A DNA stretch of 64,000 nucleotides from Eledone cirrhosa (Eukaryota), in NCBI GenBank assembly GCA_964016885.1, contig OZ024741.1, positions 194,184,001 to 194,248,000 on the forward strand, in the 5' to 3' direction. Of this stretch, positions 23,971 through 36,179 are shown piece by piece. Each line of letters starts with the position of its first letter. Position 1 is the stretch's first letter. The notes below the pieces were generated by a model, which did not search any database, had not been told where the DNA came from, and saw nothing but the letters and a program-made list of their open reading frames with translations. A program made the translations under genes and the position numbers.

Positions 23971-24627
23971 CATGTGTGTTTGAGTGTCTGTGCCTACCTT
24001 TACTGTTTGTTTATGACCTGTAATTTGAAAGCTTGACAGAAAATAATGTTTTATGTGATGATCTAGCCCATATTGAACTCACATAACCTGTTGTTGAGTA
24101 GCATGGAGCCAATGTTGTTATTTCAAGAGTTTGAGGACTTACATCCCACTGAGAATTTGTTAATATATTGTAGGTTGCATTTTTCATATGACTGGGTTTT
24201 TCTGGTTGGTTGCTCTTCCTATAACTAACCACTTTATAGCATGGACAGGACATAAGTATTTCTAGAATATTATTTAATGTGTTCACTTTGACATTCCTGA
24301 AATTGATTACATATTTTCTGAATGTTAGACTATGGTCTACTAACAGAACAAAATATTGGGAATTCTGGCAGTGTTCCAACTTTGTTACAGACCATAAAGT
24401 ATTTAAGATTTTATTTACTTTCTCATTTCTTAAATGAAATGATATTCTTTTCTTTTATCAGACACAATAAGACAACAAAAAGAGACAAACAATAGTTTAT
24501 TTGTATATAATGGTCTAGAATATTCCTTTCAGCATCATTTTTATGTCCACTTTTCCATGGTGGCATTGGTTTGGACAAAATATTCTATAGCCAGATACTC
24601 TTCCTGACATCAACCTTTTCAGTCACT

Positions 24628-24832
24628 TCTTACAACATACAGGGATATGGTGTATCTATTCTAAGAACTGAGACACACAGGACATAGTAAGACTTAAATT
24701 GTTGGAAATGTGGTCACCTCCAACAATATAAGGGACACGGTGTACCTATTTTAAGAATTGATACATACACAACATAGTTGGAAAGATGGTCAACTCCTAC
24801 AACATACAGGGACATAGTAAAATTAAATTCTT
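24628..24832. repeat. Diverged ~80-95-bp tandem repeat, about 2.3 copies
   Basis: ctacaacatacaggga.. recurs three times. Confidence 0.7.
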
Positions 24833-24874
24833 AGAAAGGAGAAATATAAAGAGAGAAAATGAAATTGTATTTAA

Positions 24875-25183
24875 CCTCTTCAGTGTCACAGACAAGTTAA
24901 CTCGTTGTAACATGTATGCATTCCAGTGTCAGGGATGAGATAACTCGTCCTAACATGTTTGAACTCTTTTCCAACTATCCACAACTTCAAAGCTATGAAA
25001 TCGTTTCCAACAGTTCATAACTTCAAAACTAGATGGGGTTACTTGTTTATTGATATGACGTTTGTCAATCATTCAGATATGTGTTGTTAATAAATGTTTG
25101 TTTTAAAAAATAGTCATTTTACTGAAAAAAACAACCCAGCAGAGCAACTGTAGCTGTGTGAAATATATGCGGCAGTTAACAGG
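24875..25183. mobile_element. piggyBac-like MITE with TTAA target site duplication
   Basis: TTAA|CCTCTTCAGTG ... CAGTTAACAGG|TTAA imperfect TIRs. Confidence 0.6.
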
Positions 25184-25203
25184 TTAAAGGAAAAAGAACT
25201 CAC

Positions 25204-25271
25204 CTTTCTACATACTCATCCAGTTTGCCAAGATCATCAGAGAGCCCCACTAACACATCTAAGGTGCCAAC
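25204..25271 (-). CDS. ATP6V1C1: V-ATPase subunit C, coding exon 2 (VGTLDVLVGLSDDLGKLDEYVER), 68 nt
   Basis: Carries the hallmark VGTLDxLVGLSD motif. Acceptor ttttctag, donor gtgagt. Confidence 0.96.
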
Positions 25272-25652
25272 CTAGAAAACAGACAATATTTCATCATGTA
25301 TCATCATTCCTTTAGTTTACACTATCCATATCACCACACAGTCACATTGACAGACAGATCTAGTACAAGATCCTTGTATACTGCTGACGTCTTCTTCAGC
25401 CAAAATGAACCCTTTTTTTACCAAACCTCTTGAAACCACCTCTGGTTCTATGATACAAAACTGCTTGCTTTAAAGTGTTTACCTTCTGTCATAATATTAT
25501 GTAAGTACCTTTGTTAAATTATGTTCCAAAAACCCAGCTTAGTAATGAGAAAATTGTACAACTAAACACCTTCAAATTCTTGATTATCTTCAAAATTATA
25601 GGCTTTCATTAGAAATATGGTAACAAAAGGACTAATGCTTTGTGATACTTAC

Positions 25653-25784
25653 TTTTAAATCAGGAATCTGGAATTTATAGTTTAAAGAGAGATTGTTTTG
25701 TCTGGCTGTTAGATTGTTCAAACTCTCCCATGTCTGTGCACATGTCTTCTCACCTGGTGCTGAGATCAACCAAAATTCATACAT
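25653..25784 (-). CDS. ATP6V1C1: V-ATPase subunit C, first coding exon ([44 protein letters not shown]); the exon extends to 25799 with 15 nt of 5'UTR
   Basis: Carries the [15 protein letters not shown]..PDLK N-terminus of subunit C. ATG at 25784, a polypyrimidine/ag acceptor at 25800-25817 and a gtaagt donor. Confidence 0.97.
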
Positions 25785-26319
25785 AGTTCACTGGCTGTTC
25801 TAGAGAAAAAAAAAAAAGACAATAAGGTGCTTGACAAAAATATAGTTGACACTAAAAAAGAAAATAACAGACGACACAATTAGATGGTTGAAAATAAAAC
25901 AGTTGACACCAAGAAGAGATAATAAGAGATAGTAAAAAGTTTGACAATAAAAAAAACAACTTTGATGTTTTCCATTAATTTTACTGATGCAACAAGAGTT
26001 GTCAGGTTTCTAGAATTAAGGATTTTAAACTTTTTGTTACTGTATTTCTAATGAAATGCACAGCCTATGTGTTTCAATTTATTTTGAAAATAAAAAAAAA
26101 GTTGGAGAAATTGAATAAAATAACCAACTTTTTCATTAGTAATTTGATGTTTGGGTTAGCATCTGAATCCTTCAAGATGATAATACTTTACTGTTGGATG
26201 CCCTTCCTAACTACAACAAAACTTCTCAATAAACTGGGAATAAGATATTTTAAACTAGGTTGACCATAGATATAGTAATATTTCCTGCTTCTTATACAAT
26301 ACTAGTGATTACACTTTAT

Positions 26320-26432
26320 CTGGTGACCTCTGGGTCAGTAATTAAGTCATTGATGACTGGTGACCTCTGGGTCAGTAGAGAAATCATTGATGACTGGTAA
26401 CCACTGAGTCAATAGTTAAGTCATTCATGACT
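26320..26432. repeat. 36-bp minisatellite, 3 copies
   Basis: ctggtgacctctgggtcagta..tcattgatga is repeated. Confidence 0.8.
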
Positions 26433-27039
26433 TAAACTGCTATCATGACTATTTAGTGGGGCTGGCTGCATTTTCCATATTGCTATGTGAACAAATGTAC
26501 CATGTGAATAAACTACCAAATAAATTGTGGAAACTATAGTGAATTGTATATGTAATGTCTACTCCTCTACCTTACAGCATTATAACTGTTGAAACTGCTC
26601 CCTTAAAATCCAACATGTGTCTGCTTCAAGATTTAACAGTTACTGGTAGTGTTGACTTCTGTGTCAAAAGAGTATAGCACCTCAGTATTCAAAACTCTGC
26701 CATCTTACAGAGCAACCACCTTCCTGTCTATTTATAAGGTTATGAAATAATGTGTTATGTTAACTCTTGATTTAGAGAGGTGGCAAATAAATAAACACCC
26801 TAAAGAAGTTATGAAGACAGATGCTTGAGATAAGCATCCTATTATTGCAAACAAGTTTAGTGATTGTGGTGGTGGTGGTGATGGGGACTGATCTATTTTC
26901 CAATCTTTTCTTATTTAAATATAATTCTAAAGACTCACTCACTCCCATATATCACTTAAAGATCAAAATACTTATTTGACATTGAAAACTGTTAAAACTA
27001 TGACATGAATATTTGACAGGTAATATTCTGTGCCACAGA

Positions 27040-27190
27040 CAGTGAAGTGACAGGCTCTTTAGAATATCGGATAGAAAGCTTAGCGGTATTTGTTTCAGCT
27101 CTCTGAGTTCAAATCCTGCGAAAGTCAATTTTACCTTTCATCCATTTAAAGTCAATAGAAAAAAAAAACCAGTCTAATACTGGGGTTGAA
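27040..27190 (+). mobile_element. tRNA-derived SINE, diverged
   Basis: ctgagttcaaatcc B-box plus the conserved core. Confidence 0.7.
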
Positions 27191-27984
27191 TCTTCCTCTT
27201 TATCTCTTTCTCACTTCCATTCGCTTACTTTCTATCTTTCTCTGAAAGAAACCTGCTGTATACAGACCTGGAGAGGAAATGGGTTTAATATAATGCCCTA
27301 GAGACACCGTATGTCAATACAGGTCCCTTACAACTACCACAGGAGTTATGGAACCATATATGCATACATTCTTTACTACGAGATATTACTTTATTGTAGA
27401 ATGAAAAGCTATGATAGTTTCTATTTATGTACCAATGTATGGAATTTTGAAATATTTCAAGTAGAAAAAGCCACTGATTTCAAATTTTTCTGTTTATCTT
27501 CCAGGCTATTCTTTTTTCAAGTTTTTTGATAATACCAAATTACTGCTCATTTTAAAAATGTTTATCCTTATATTAAATCATTCCCTCATAATTTTATTTA
27601 AGACATTTATGTAAAGTAATATTCTAAATATCGGCTTACTTATCAAACAGTTAGTTATTTTATTAAATTCTCCATATATTTGATTATTTTCAAAACTAAC
27701 TAAAACACATAGGCAGTGTACTTCATTAGAAATATGGTAATGAAAGGGTTAACAGAAATCTCCAAAATATTCAAGTATATATAACTATTTGAGGAAATTA
27801 GTTGGAGAGTATGAACATAATATGGTCTCCCAAGCTGTCCAGGAGGGCAGTAATATCCGTTTTACTCATGCCAGCATGAATAGTAGTAATAAAATCATGA
27901 TATTCATGATGAGTTCTGTTCTGGCCAAGTAGAGTCCTCAATAGTTTGGTGAGGAGGACTTTAAAATGTGAATACAATTGTACA

Positions 27985-28175
27985 AAGGATTTTGTTACCT
28001 AGGTGACCTAACTAGCAGCAGAGGAGGTTGTTTTGAAAATAATAGCAAGAATAAGAACAGGGTGGAAAAAGTTTAGGGAGCTTCTATGTTTGTTGGCAAC
28101 AGAAGGATTCTCTCTCATAGTAAAGAGAAAATTATATGATTCCTAGGTAAGTAGAGCGAAGTTGCATGGAAGTGA
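27985..28175 (+). mobile_element. Degenerate RTE fragment
   Basis: FCYLGD..ARIRTGWKKFRELL remnant. Confidence 0.7.
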
Positions 28176-28438
28176 TATACACACACATATATATATATGT
28201 TTAGTAGATAAAGTTTGGAAACCATAGCTTGAAGTCCTACCACAATGGTGCTGCCAAATTAGGATAGACATCATTTGGAAGAAACAAAACAATACTAGGT
28301 ATAGATAAAAAAAAAAAGGGAATCATAGGCAGACAATACAGAAAAAAAAAATCCATCATTATTTAATACATACATATATATATATATATATACATACAAA
28401 GTATTAAAACGATCAAATTTTAGTTTAGAACATTTATT

Positions 28439-28485
28439 TGCTGACAATTGTTTCTTCCAGCGGGAAGTCTGGAATCATCAGAGCA
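28439..28485 (-). ncRNA. Minimal type-I hammerhead ribozyme (inverted pLTR copy)
   Basis: Reverse complement of the 35339-35385 motif, with one change in the stem II region. Confidence 0.8.
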
Positions 28486-30961
28486 TAGGGAATGTCAAAA
28501 CATGTGACTAAAATTCTAGTCATTCAGAACATTTAGGGTACATAATTGTTTTCAGTGTCAAAGGCATCATGTGGAGAGTTGTTTCTGTGGTGTTTTTATC
28601 TAAAGTGATACCCAAGTAGTAGTTTTTAAATATTTTATGTAATTGTTTTCTAGTTCTTTCTATATTGAATATTTTAAAGTCTAAGAGGAAAAGTGCGTCG
28701 TCTCGATAGAGACCATCGTTAAGGTAAGGTAGGTTCTTATGTATTTCGTTTAAGAGAAATAGGCCAACTAAGACGGTTACCTGTGCCGAGTCGCTAGATC
28801 CCATGGTGATATCGAAGTTGTTGGGTGTATTCTTGAGGTTCCATAGTTGGTCTTCAAATTTAATTATTATTTTCCTGGCCGCAAGGATTATATCTACCTG
28901 GGGTCTAGTGAGTTCACTATTGTTCATGGCCATTATTAATGCTTTATTTAAAAGGATAGGTGAAATAGAGGTGTAGTAGGAGTTTATGTCGAATTGGATG
29001 AATTTCTTATTATTTTCATTTTTGAGATGTTTTTTTGTAGTTCCTATAAAGTTCTTTATATATAAATTCTCTATATGTATCGTAATCTAGGCCATATATG
29101 TTTTTAGTTTTATCAGCTAGTACTAAGATATTCCTATTTTTATTAAAGTTTGTTTATGGTGGAATTTAGGTTATTTAGGAAGTTGTTGTTTTTATTGTAG
29201 TATTTCCTGTATTTAATCCCTTTAACAAGTGACACAAGGTCGTTTTCAAATGAGTCCAGTAAGATATTGTGTGGAGGGCTTTTATATGTTTTGAAGCCAT
29301 ATGTTTCAAGCGAAGGTGCAACTTGTTCTTTCGCAGCACGGTTCCTATCATAGTGGAAAGTCCTCCATCTAACTCTTTTAATAAAAGATTTGACACTATT
29401 AATCAGTAGTTTTTCATATGTATCCTTAGATGGGATAGGTATGTTCTTTAAAGACAAAGGAAGATAATCTTTGATCAACATATCGGTAATTTTATATATG
29501 TCAGCTCTACAAGAAGGAGTCAATACTATAATGAAGCCTTAGCTTGTTCCGGCCATAGAGATAAAATTAAATTTAAATCTAAATCATCAACCACCCATAG
29601 ATAACGTAATATAATTTCACACAACATGGCCATGAATAAAATTAAATATGATCATAGTATTGAAAACCCCAACCCCTATACAGAGGGCATCAAAAAAGTT
29701 AAATCATACCACAGCAATAATCCTAAGAAAAACCACAGAAAGAAAAATATAGAAAAGAAGGTACCTAACACCACACTAAACAGTAGTATAAATAACAACC
29801 ATAAGAAGAATAGCAGAAGAAGTAACATATTTTTTAATCCTCCATTCAACTTAAATGCCTCAATAAAACATACCTAAAGCTTTCTTCTCTTTTCTAGACA
29901 AAAACTTCCCAACTAACCATAAATACCACAACCTATTTAACAAAAATACCATTAAAATTTCCTACTCCACCACACCTAACATAGCAGACGATATAGCCAC
30001 CACCAACAAGAGAAAGATTAAAAAGTACTTCAAATTACACCAAAGTAATAATGTCCAGCATAGAAAAAACCTGAACAATAACGCAGTACAGGACCATACA
30101 GCAATAATAATAATACTTACCATAATCATAATACTAGAAGTAGAAACAACCACTCAAATGCATACCCCCTTAACCAGTATACTAGTTACCAAAACAATTG
30201 TAATTGTAGACCTAACAAGACATGCCCATTAAATAAAAACTGCTTTATTAAAGACATTATCTAGTCCGGTACTGTAACCGCTAATCACATCTCGAAAGTA
30301 TATATAGGCTCAACATCGAATAGCTTTAAGACCAGATATAATTCACACCTTCATTCGTTCAGAAACCCTAAACTTAGCAACGTAACCTCACTATCAACAT
30401 ACATACACTCATTAAAATCAAATAATATACCATACACCTTAAAATGGGAAGTGATAGCTAAGGCCCCTTCATATAGACCACCTAACATATTTTGTAACCT
30501 TTGCATCCTCAAGTCTAGAAATATTATTCACTCTAATCTTAGCCTGCTAAATAGGAAATCAGAGATATTCTCCACGTGTCCACATTACATAGATTCTCTT
30601 TCCACTACTTCAAAACAAATAACTAATAATAATAATAAAAATAAAAACCAATGTCGGAGATAACACTAGACCACCACCTTTAATTTATCCAATTAGATCT
30701 TCATAAATACAGGACTACACCTTAATTAAAAGACCACACTAACCTATATACCGTCAATAAACCCCTTGTTTGATCTCTTACCTTATACAATTAAAATAAT
30801 TAAATAATATAGACACTCTAACATACTCTCAATATACAACACCAGCTAAATAGCAGACAACTGTGTATATAACACCAATTACTCCAGTATATATTATGCA
30901 ACTCACTATACTGTTATAAAAAAAATTTCAACTCTCTCTGCACAATATATATATATATATA

Positions 30962-31839
30962 CAGGGTGTGGACGATATTTGTTTGCAATTTTCAACTGCT
31001 AATTTTATGCACATTTTTTTTACTTCCGTTGTCACTCTTGTCTTCATAAAAACAGTGACTATATTTCCATTATTTATTTTCAGAATAATTGATTATGAAT
31101 AATTTTGAACCTCCAAATTTGTGGAAGAGACACGGAGTTCTTCTTGGAATCCATGCCGGGAGAACAAATAAGGACCAGAAGATCAACTCCCAAAACAACA
31201 GGTGGCTCGCTGTCTCATACAAAGACGTGCCCAGAGTCATGCAGACAAAGTTTCCAGCGACAACATTGGTCTTAGGTGTCGTCAAGGTGATATCATGCCA
31301 CCTCACTTCTTCCCTGAGAGCCTCAAGCTGAACACCGATGGCTACATCCACGTTCTGTGCAAGGTAGTAAAGCCCTGGATTGACCAGGTAGCTGCAGGTA
31401 GGCCGTACGTGTGGCAGCAAGACTCAGTGCCCTGCCATACCAGCTGAAAGCCCCAAGCCTGGCTGTCAGAGAACTTCGTCGACCACACTTCACCTGACAT
31501 CTGGCCTCCCAGCTCGCCTGACTGCAACCCCCTCGACTTCTTTGTGTGAGGTGCAGTGGAACGAGACACCAACAGATCTAGCTGCAATACGAAAGACGAT
31601 CTGAAGGCCAGGATCACAAGTGCCTTTAGGGGCCTAAGTCGGGGGACAGTGATGAAGGCCTGTAGCCGGTTCCGAGGCCGCTTTGAGTCCGTCATCAAAG
31701 CCAATGGCGGGTTTATCGAGTGAGATCGAAAGAACAAGTCATGAAGACAAACTGACCCAAGTTATATCTTAAAAAATAAAACTACTGTGTTATATTTTCC
31801 TAGACAGTAATCTTGCGAACAAATATCGTCCGCACCCTG
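30962..31839 (+). mobile_element. Internally deleted maT/mariner-type DNA transposon inserted in (TA)n
   Basis: ~28-bp TIRs CAGGGTG(T/C)GGACGATATTTGTT. Transposase remnants WQQDSVPCHT and WPPSSPDCNPLD. Confidence 0.9.
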
Positions 31840-31861
31840 TATATATATATATATATATATA

Positions 31862-33936
31862 GAGAAGTGTATCCGGAATGATAAAGGTGAGCTTGCCCTC
31901 AGAAGTGCTGAGAAGAAAGATGCATGGAAGAGCCATTATGATAGATTACTAAATGAAGAGAATGCATGGGAAGAAGAGACCCTACCCAAGTAGACCCTAT
32001 AGAGGAGCCAGCAGTAGCGTAGTAAGTAAGGCAATCAAAGATATGAAGATGGGGAAGGCAACCGGTCCATCGGGTATAGCTGCCGAGATGCTAAAGGTAT
32101 CTGGGTCTGTAGGTCACACTATAACCACACGTATTGTTAACCAGGTAATACTAGAAGGTGTCATACCAAAAGATTGGTGCAGTAGCATCATTGTCAACTG
32201 CTACAAAGGTAAAGGTGATGCACTAGATAGAGGAAACTATAGAGGTATAAAGCTGATGGACCAGGTCATGAAAGTAACAGAAATAGTTATAGCACAGTTG
32301 ATTAGGCACCAGGTGAAACTAGATGAGATGCAATTTGGGTTTGTACCAGGAAGAGGCACCACTGATGCCCTCTTCCTTGTGAGGCAGTTACAGGAAAAGT
32401 ACCTAGCTAAAAGTAAGCCACTCTACCTGGCATTCGTCGATCTCGAGAAAACCTTTGACAGAGTTCCACGTGCTATAATCTGGTGGCTCTTAGAAAACTA
32501 GGAGTAGATGAATGGCTTGTGAAAGCTGTACAAGTCATGTATAGCGGAGCAGTCAGCAAAGTTAGGATTAGCAATGAGTATAGCGAGGAATTTAGCGTAC
32601 AGGTTGGTGTCCACCAGGGCTCTGTTCTTAGCCCTCTCCTGTTCATCATAGTCCTGCAGGCAATAACAGAGGAGTTTAAGACCAGATGCCCATGGGAACT
32701 CCTGTATGCAGATGACCTTGCACTTATAGCTGAATCTATGGTAGAACTAGAGAAGAAATTCCAAACTTGGAAGCAGGGACTAGAAAGAAAGGGTCTCAAA
32801 GTCAACCTGACAAAGACTAAGGTCCTTGTAAGTAGACGAGAAAACAGAACCCAGATCCCCTCAGGGAAATGGCCTTGCTCAGTATGTAGGAAAGGTGTAG
32901 GTAGGAACTCCATTCTCTGCCCCAAATGCAAACAATGGGTATACAAGAGATGTAGGGATCTCAGGAAGCTTAATTAAGAATGTAGGCTTCACATGTAGCA
33001 GCTGTGCTGGGACAGCAAGCAGCAAACAGCCACAGGAAACAAGTACCACCAATCTCTGGGAGGGCTCTGTAGAAACAGTAGACAGCTTCTGCTACCTAGG
33101 TGACCGAATTAGCAGCGGAGGTGGGTGTTCAGAAAGTACAATAACTAGGGTAAGAACGGGATGGAAGAAGTTCAGGGAACTACTGCCACTGCTAGCTGCA
33201 AAAGGCTTCTCCCTCAAAATGAAAGGCAGACTGTATGATGCGTGTATACAAACAACAATATTACATGGTAGTGAGACCTGGGCGCTGAAGGTAGAAGACT
33301 TACATAGATTAGAAAGAAACGAAGCCTGCATGCTACGATGGATGTGTAATAGTAATATACGCGAACGGCAAAGCATAAATGAATTGAGAGAGAGACTGAG
33401 AATAAGAGGAATCAAATGCTGTGTGCAGGAGAGGCGGTTGCATTGGTATGGACATGTGATGCGTATGAAGGATGACAGCTGCATAAAAAGGTGCAGAGCA
33501 CTAGAAGTCAATGGAAACCGCGGAGTGGGGAGACCCAAGAAGACCTGGGATGAGCCGACCTTACCCAATTACACCTCTCAAAGGCGATGACACACGACCG
33601 TGACCTCTGGTGTCACACAGTAATACAGAGTACCTGGCCTCCCATGGGTACAAGCTGAAGCATATAGACAATATGCCCCCACACCCTCCCACTGCAAAAA
33701 AGCACCCAGCACACACTGTAAAGTGGACGTGTAGGCGCCACAGAAAAAAGCACCCAACACTCACTGTAAATGAGGTTGGTGTTAGGAAGGGCATCCAGCT
33801 GTAGATATCAAGCCAAAATCAGTTCCTGTATGAGCAAGGCATGGTCAGCCAACCAGACACTGCCCACAACAGGACAACCCGTCTAACCCATGCTAGCATG
33901 GAAGAACGAACGTAAAACGGTGATGATGATGATGAT
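31862..33936 (+). mobile_element. 5'-truncated RTE LINE, same family as the intact copy, frameshifted
   Basis: Near-identical peptides (ORFs at 31953, 32483 and 33219), the same 3'UTR and a (GAT)n tail. Confidence 0.95.
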
Positions 33937-33938
33937 AT

Positions 33939-34176
33939 AAAATAGAATAGCTTTCACCGTATTTTTTTACTAAAGAAATTTTAGTCTGATAATGGGGTTT
34001 AGAACCCTCAGATAAATGGAAAAAGATAAGTATTGACGTACGTCAATACTCATCTTGTTCCATTTATGGGGTTCTAAACCCCATTATCAGACTAAAATTT
34101 CTTTAGTAAAAAAATACGGTGAAAGCTATTCTATTTTCTAATTTCAAACCTGCTCACTGTTTCAAACCATATTTGT
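33939..34176 (+). mobile_element. Fold-back palindrome P2 (33939-34137, centre gacgt|acgtc) plus tail 34138-34176
   Basis: The outer ~69 bp of the arms are perfect and the inner part is imperfect. Contains a GAAAGCTA hammerhead-half-like motif. Confidence 0.72.
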
Positions 34177-34364
34177 ATATATATATATACATTCTCACAC
34201 TTATATTATATTATATATACATATACTAATTATATAAAAACTATCTAGTTATAATAAAATAATTTAAAAATTGTGTCTAACACAAGTTTAAAAGATAACA
34301 ATTATATAACCAATAATATTTTATATACTCTATAAAGATAAATTTATAACACTACTACAATAAT

Positions 34365-34550
34365 TATTTCTACTTTTGGCACAAGGCCAGCAACTACCCA
34401 GTGCATTACTGGTACTTTATTTTATCGACCCCGTAAGGATGAAAGGCAAAGTTAACCTTGGCGGGATTTGAACTCAGAATGGCAAGGGCCGTAACTATGC
34501 TGGAAAGCATGGCGTCCGACCCTCTACCGATACTGCCAATCCACCGCCCT
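34365..34550 (-). mobile_element. tRNA-derived SINE with 14-bp TSD actactacaataat
   Basis: A/B-box head; TSD at 34351 and 34551. Confidence 0.9.
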
Positions 34551-35338
34551 ACTACTACAATAATAATAAAACAACCCTTAACTTATCAACAACCTTAATT
34601 ATCTCCCTTTGTTATTATCCCCCTTTACAACTTCCTGTGTAAACTCATAAAATTAAACAACCTAACGGTTTACCAACAGCTTAATAACGGTTAATACAAA
34701 CCCTAGAAAATATAATTTGTAGATAAAAAATGCATAAGATAATATACTCACAATAACAACATGGCCAGTAATTCGGTGGAATCTACATTTAACAAACAAA
34801 CACCTATTGACTATAAACGACTCAAAATCATCCCATGGTTAATAGCTGTGAGTTACAAACAACATATACACATACATACGAACTACAACACAAAAACACT
34901 TAAATGAAACTCACCTATCCAACTCTATCACGTGCTTTGCATTACACCTCACATAACAAATACCTACATTATCACCACAAGCCTTTCTAACAAATTGCAC
35001 ACTATCTTAAACATTTCTAACAATTATAACATGCTTTAACACCCCACACAAAATATGTTTATTTCAACTGCATTATAACTCTTTCCTCATACATGCCTTA
35101 TTGACTGTATTGACTCCTGAATTGTACACCACTTTTCCATGCTTGTAACTTGTTTGCCTGTACTTTTTGATTATGCCTCTTACACTTTCAACCAATGCTG
35201 CCTGTAATTGTGCTCTCTCAAGCATAACATCCTTTTAACTGCTGACTCTCCACATGATGCCTTTGACACTAAAAACAATTATGTACCCTAAATGTTCTGA
35301 ATGACTAGGATTTTAGTCACATGTTTTGACATTCCCTA

Positions 35339-35385
35339 TGCTCTGATGATTCCAGACTTCCCTCTGGAAGAAACAATTGTCAGCA
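35339..35385 (+). ncRNA. Minimal type-I hammerhead ribozyme
   Basis: tgct-CTGATGA-ttccaga/tctggaa-GAAAC-aatt-GTC^-agca. Intact core with a palindromic stem III (ACAATTGT). Confidence 0.87.
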
Positions 35386-35715
35386 AAAAAATGTTCTAAA
35401 CTAAAATTTGATCGTTTTAACACTTTGTATCTCGGCTCTGAAAAACACTTGACAATTTGCATTGAGCCTTTTGTCATACCGGTAATCGGCTAGTACTTAG
35501 TACTACCCTCCATATTTATAGTTGTATTAAACATATATAAATATAAATATCCTTATTACTATATATATATATATTAGGAAGGGCATCCAGCCGTAGAAAT
35601 CTAGCCAGAAACAGTCCTATATCAGCAAGACATAGTCACCTGACCCAACTTCCCTCTAATGGTACAACCTGTCTAACCTATGCTAGAAAATGGACGTTAA
35701 ATGATGATGATGATG

Positions 35716-35755
<40 letters not shown>

Positions 35756-36179
35756 GGGGGGGGAGAGAGAAGGTTCTGTTGAATATTTACAAACTAAAAT
35801 ATGGAATTCCATTTAAAAGCAACAATGATAATAGATTGATGGTAGAACTACTTAGATATAAGTGTTGTATAAACAGTTGGTGTGTTTCTTCAGACAATTA
35901 AGTCTAAACTAATAACAGCAGGTTTGAAAACAAAGTTTATAAGTAATGGAGATAATGAGAAGGTAAAGTAAGCCACATACAGTTCTTTAGTGTTTGGTTA
36001 AGAACTTCTATTCTCTGCTAAAAGACTGAAAGTATGGAACTAGAAGGGAACAGGTAAAATCTGCCAGCAATTTTTTTTTTTCCTACCAACAGTTGTCTGT
36101 TTATTGTGGTGGCTAGGTGTGTGCTGGAGAGTGAAAAGAATATAATGGCATATATTGTCAACAGAATGCATGTATATCA

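Larger units (their letters stand above)
28394..35560 (+). mobile_element. Rearranged Penelope-like element (Naiad-like): inverted pLTR 28394-28579, inverted N-terminus/RT 28580-29523, sense C-terminus/GIY-YIG about 29540-30660, long 3' region, pLTR 35245-35430 plus tail; carries nested maT, RTE, SINE and palindrome insertions
   Basis: SLKNIPIP, FDITMGSSDSAQV and GLYRDD on the minus strand. CNCRPNKTCPL, VYIGST, CNLC and LLNRKSE on the plus strand. The 186-bp terminal inverted repeat contains a hammerhead. Confidence 0.82.

Noticed and set aside
28580-30660. Selenocysteine recoding, as reported for some Naiad PLEs
   Set aside because: The copy is decayed. The stop at the GIY tyrosine is TAG, and I saw no TGA at the conserved Cys positions I translated.
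34365-34550. tRNA genes at the A/B-box sites
   Set aside because: They are SINE heads with a conserved non-tRNA core and TSDs, and they form no cloverleaf.
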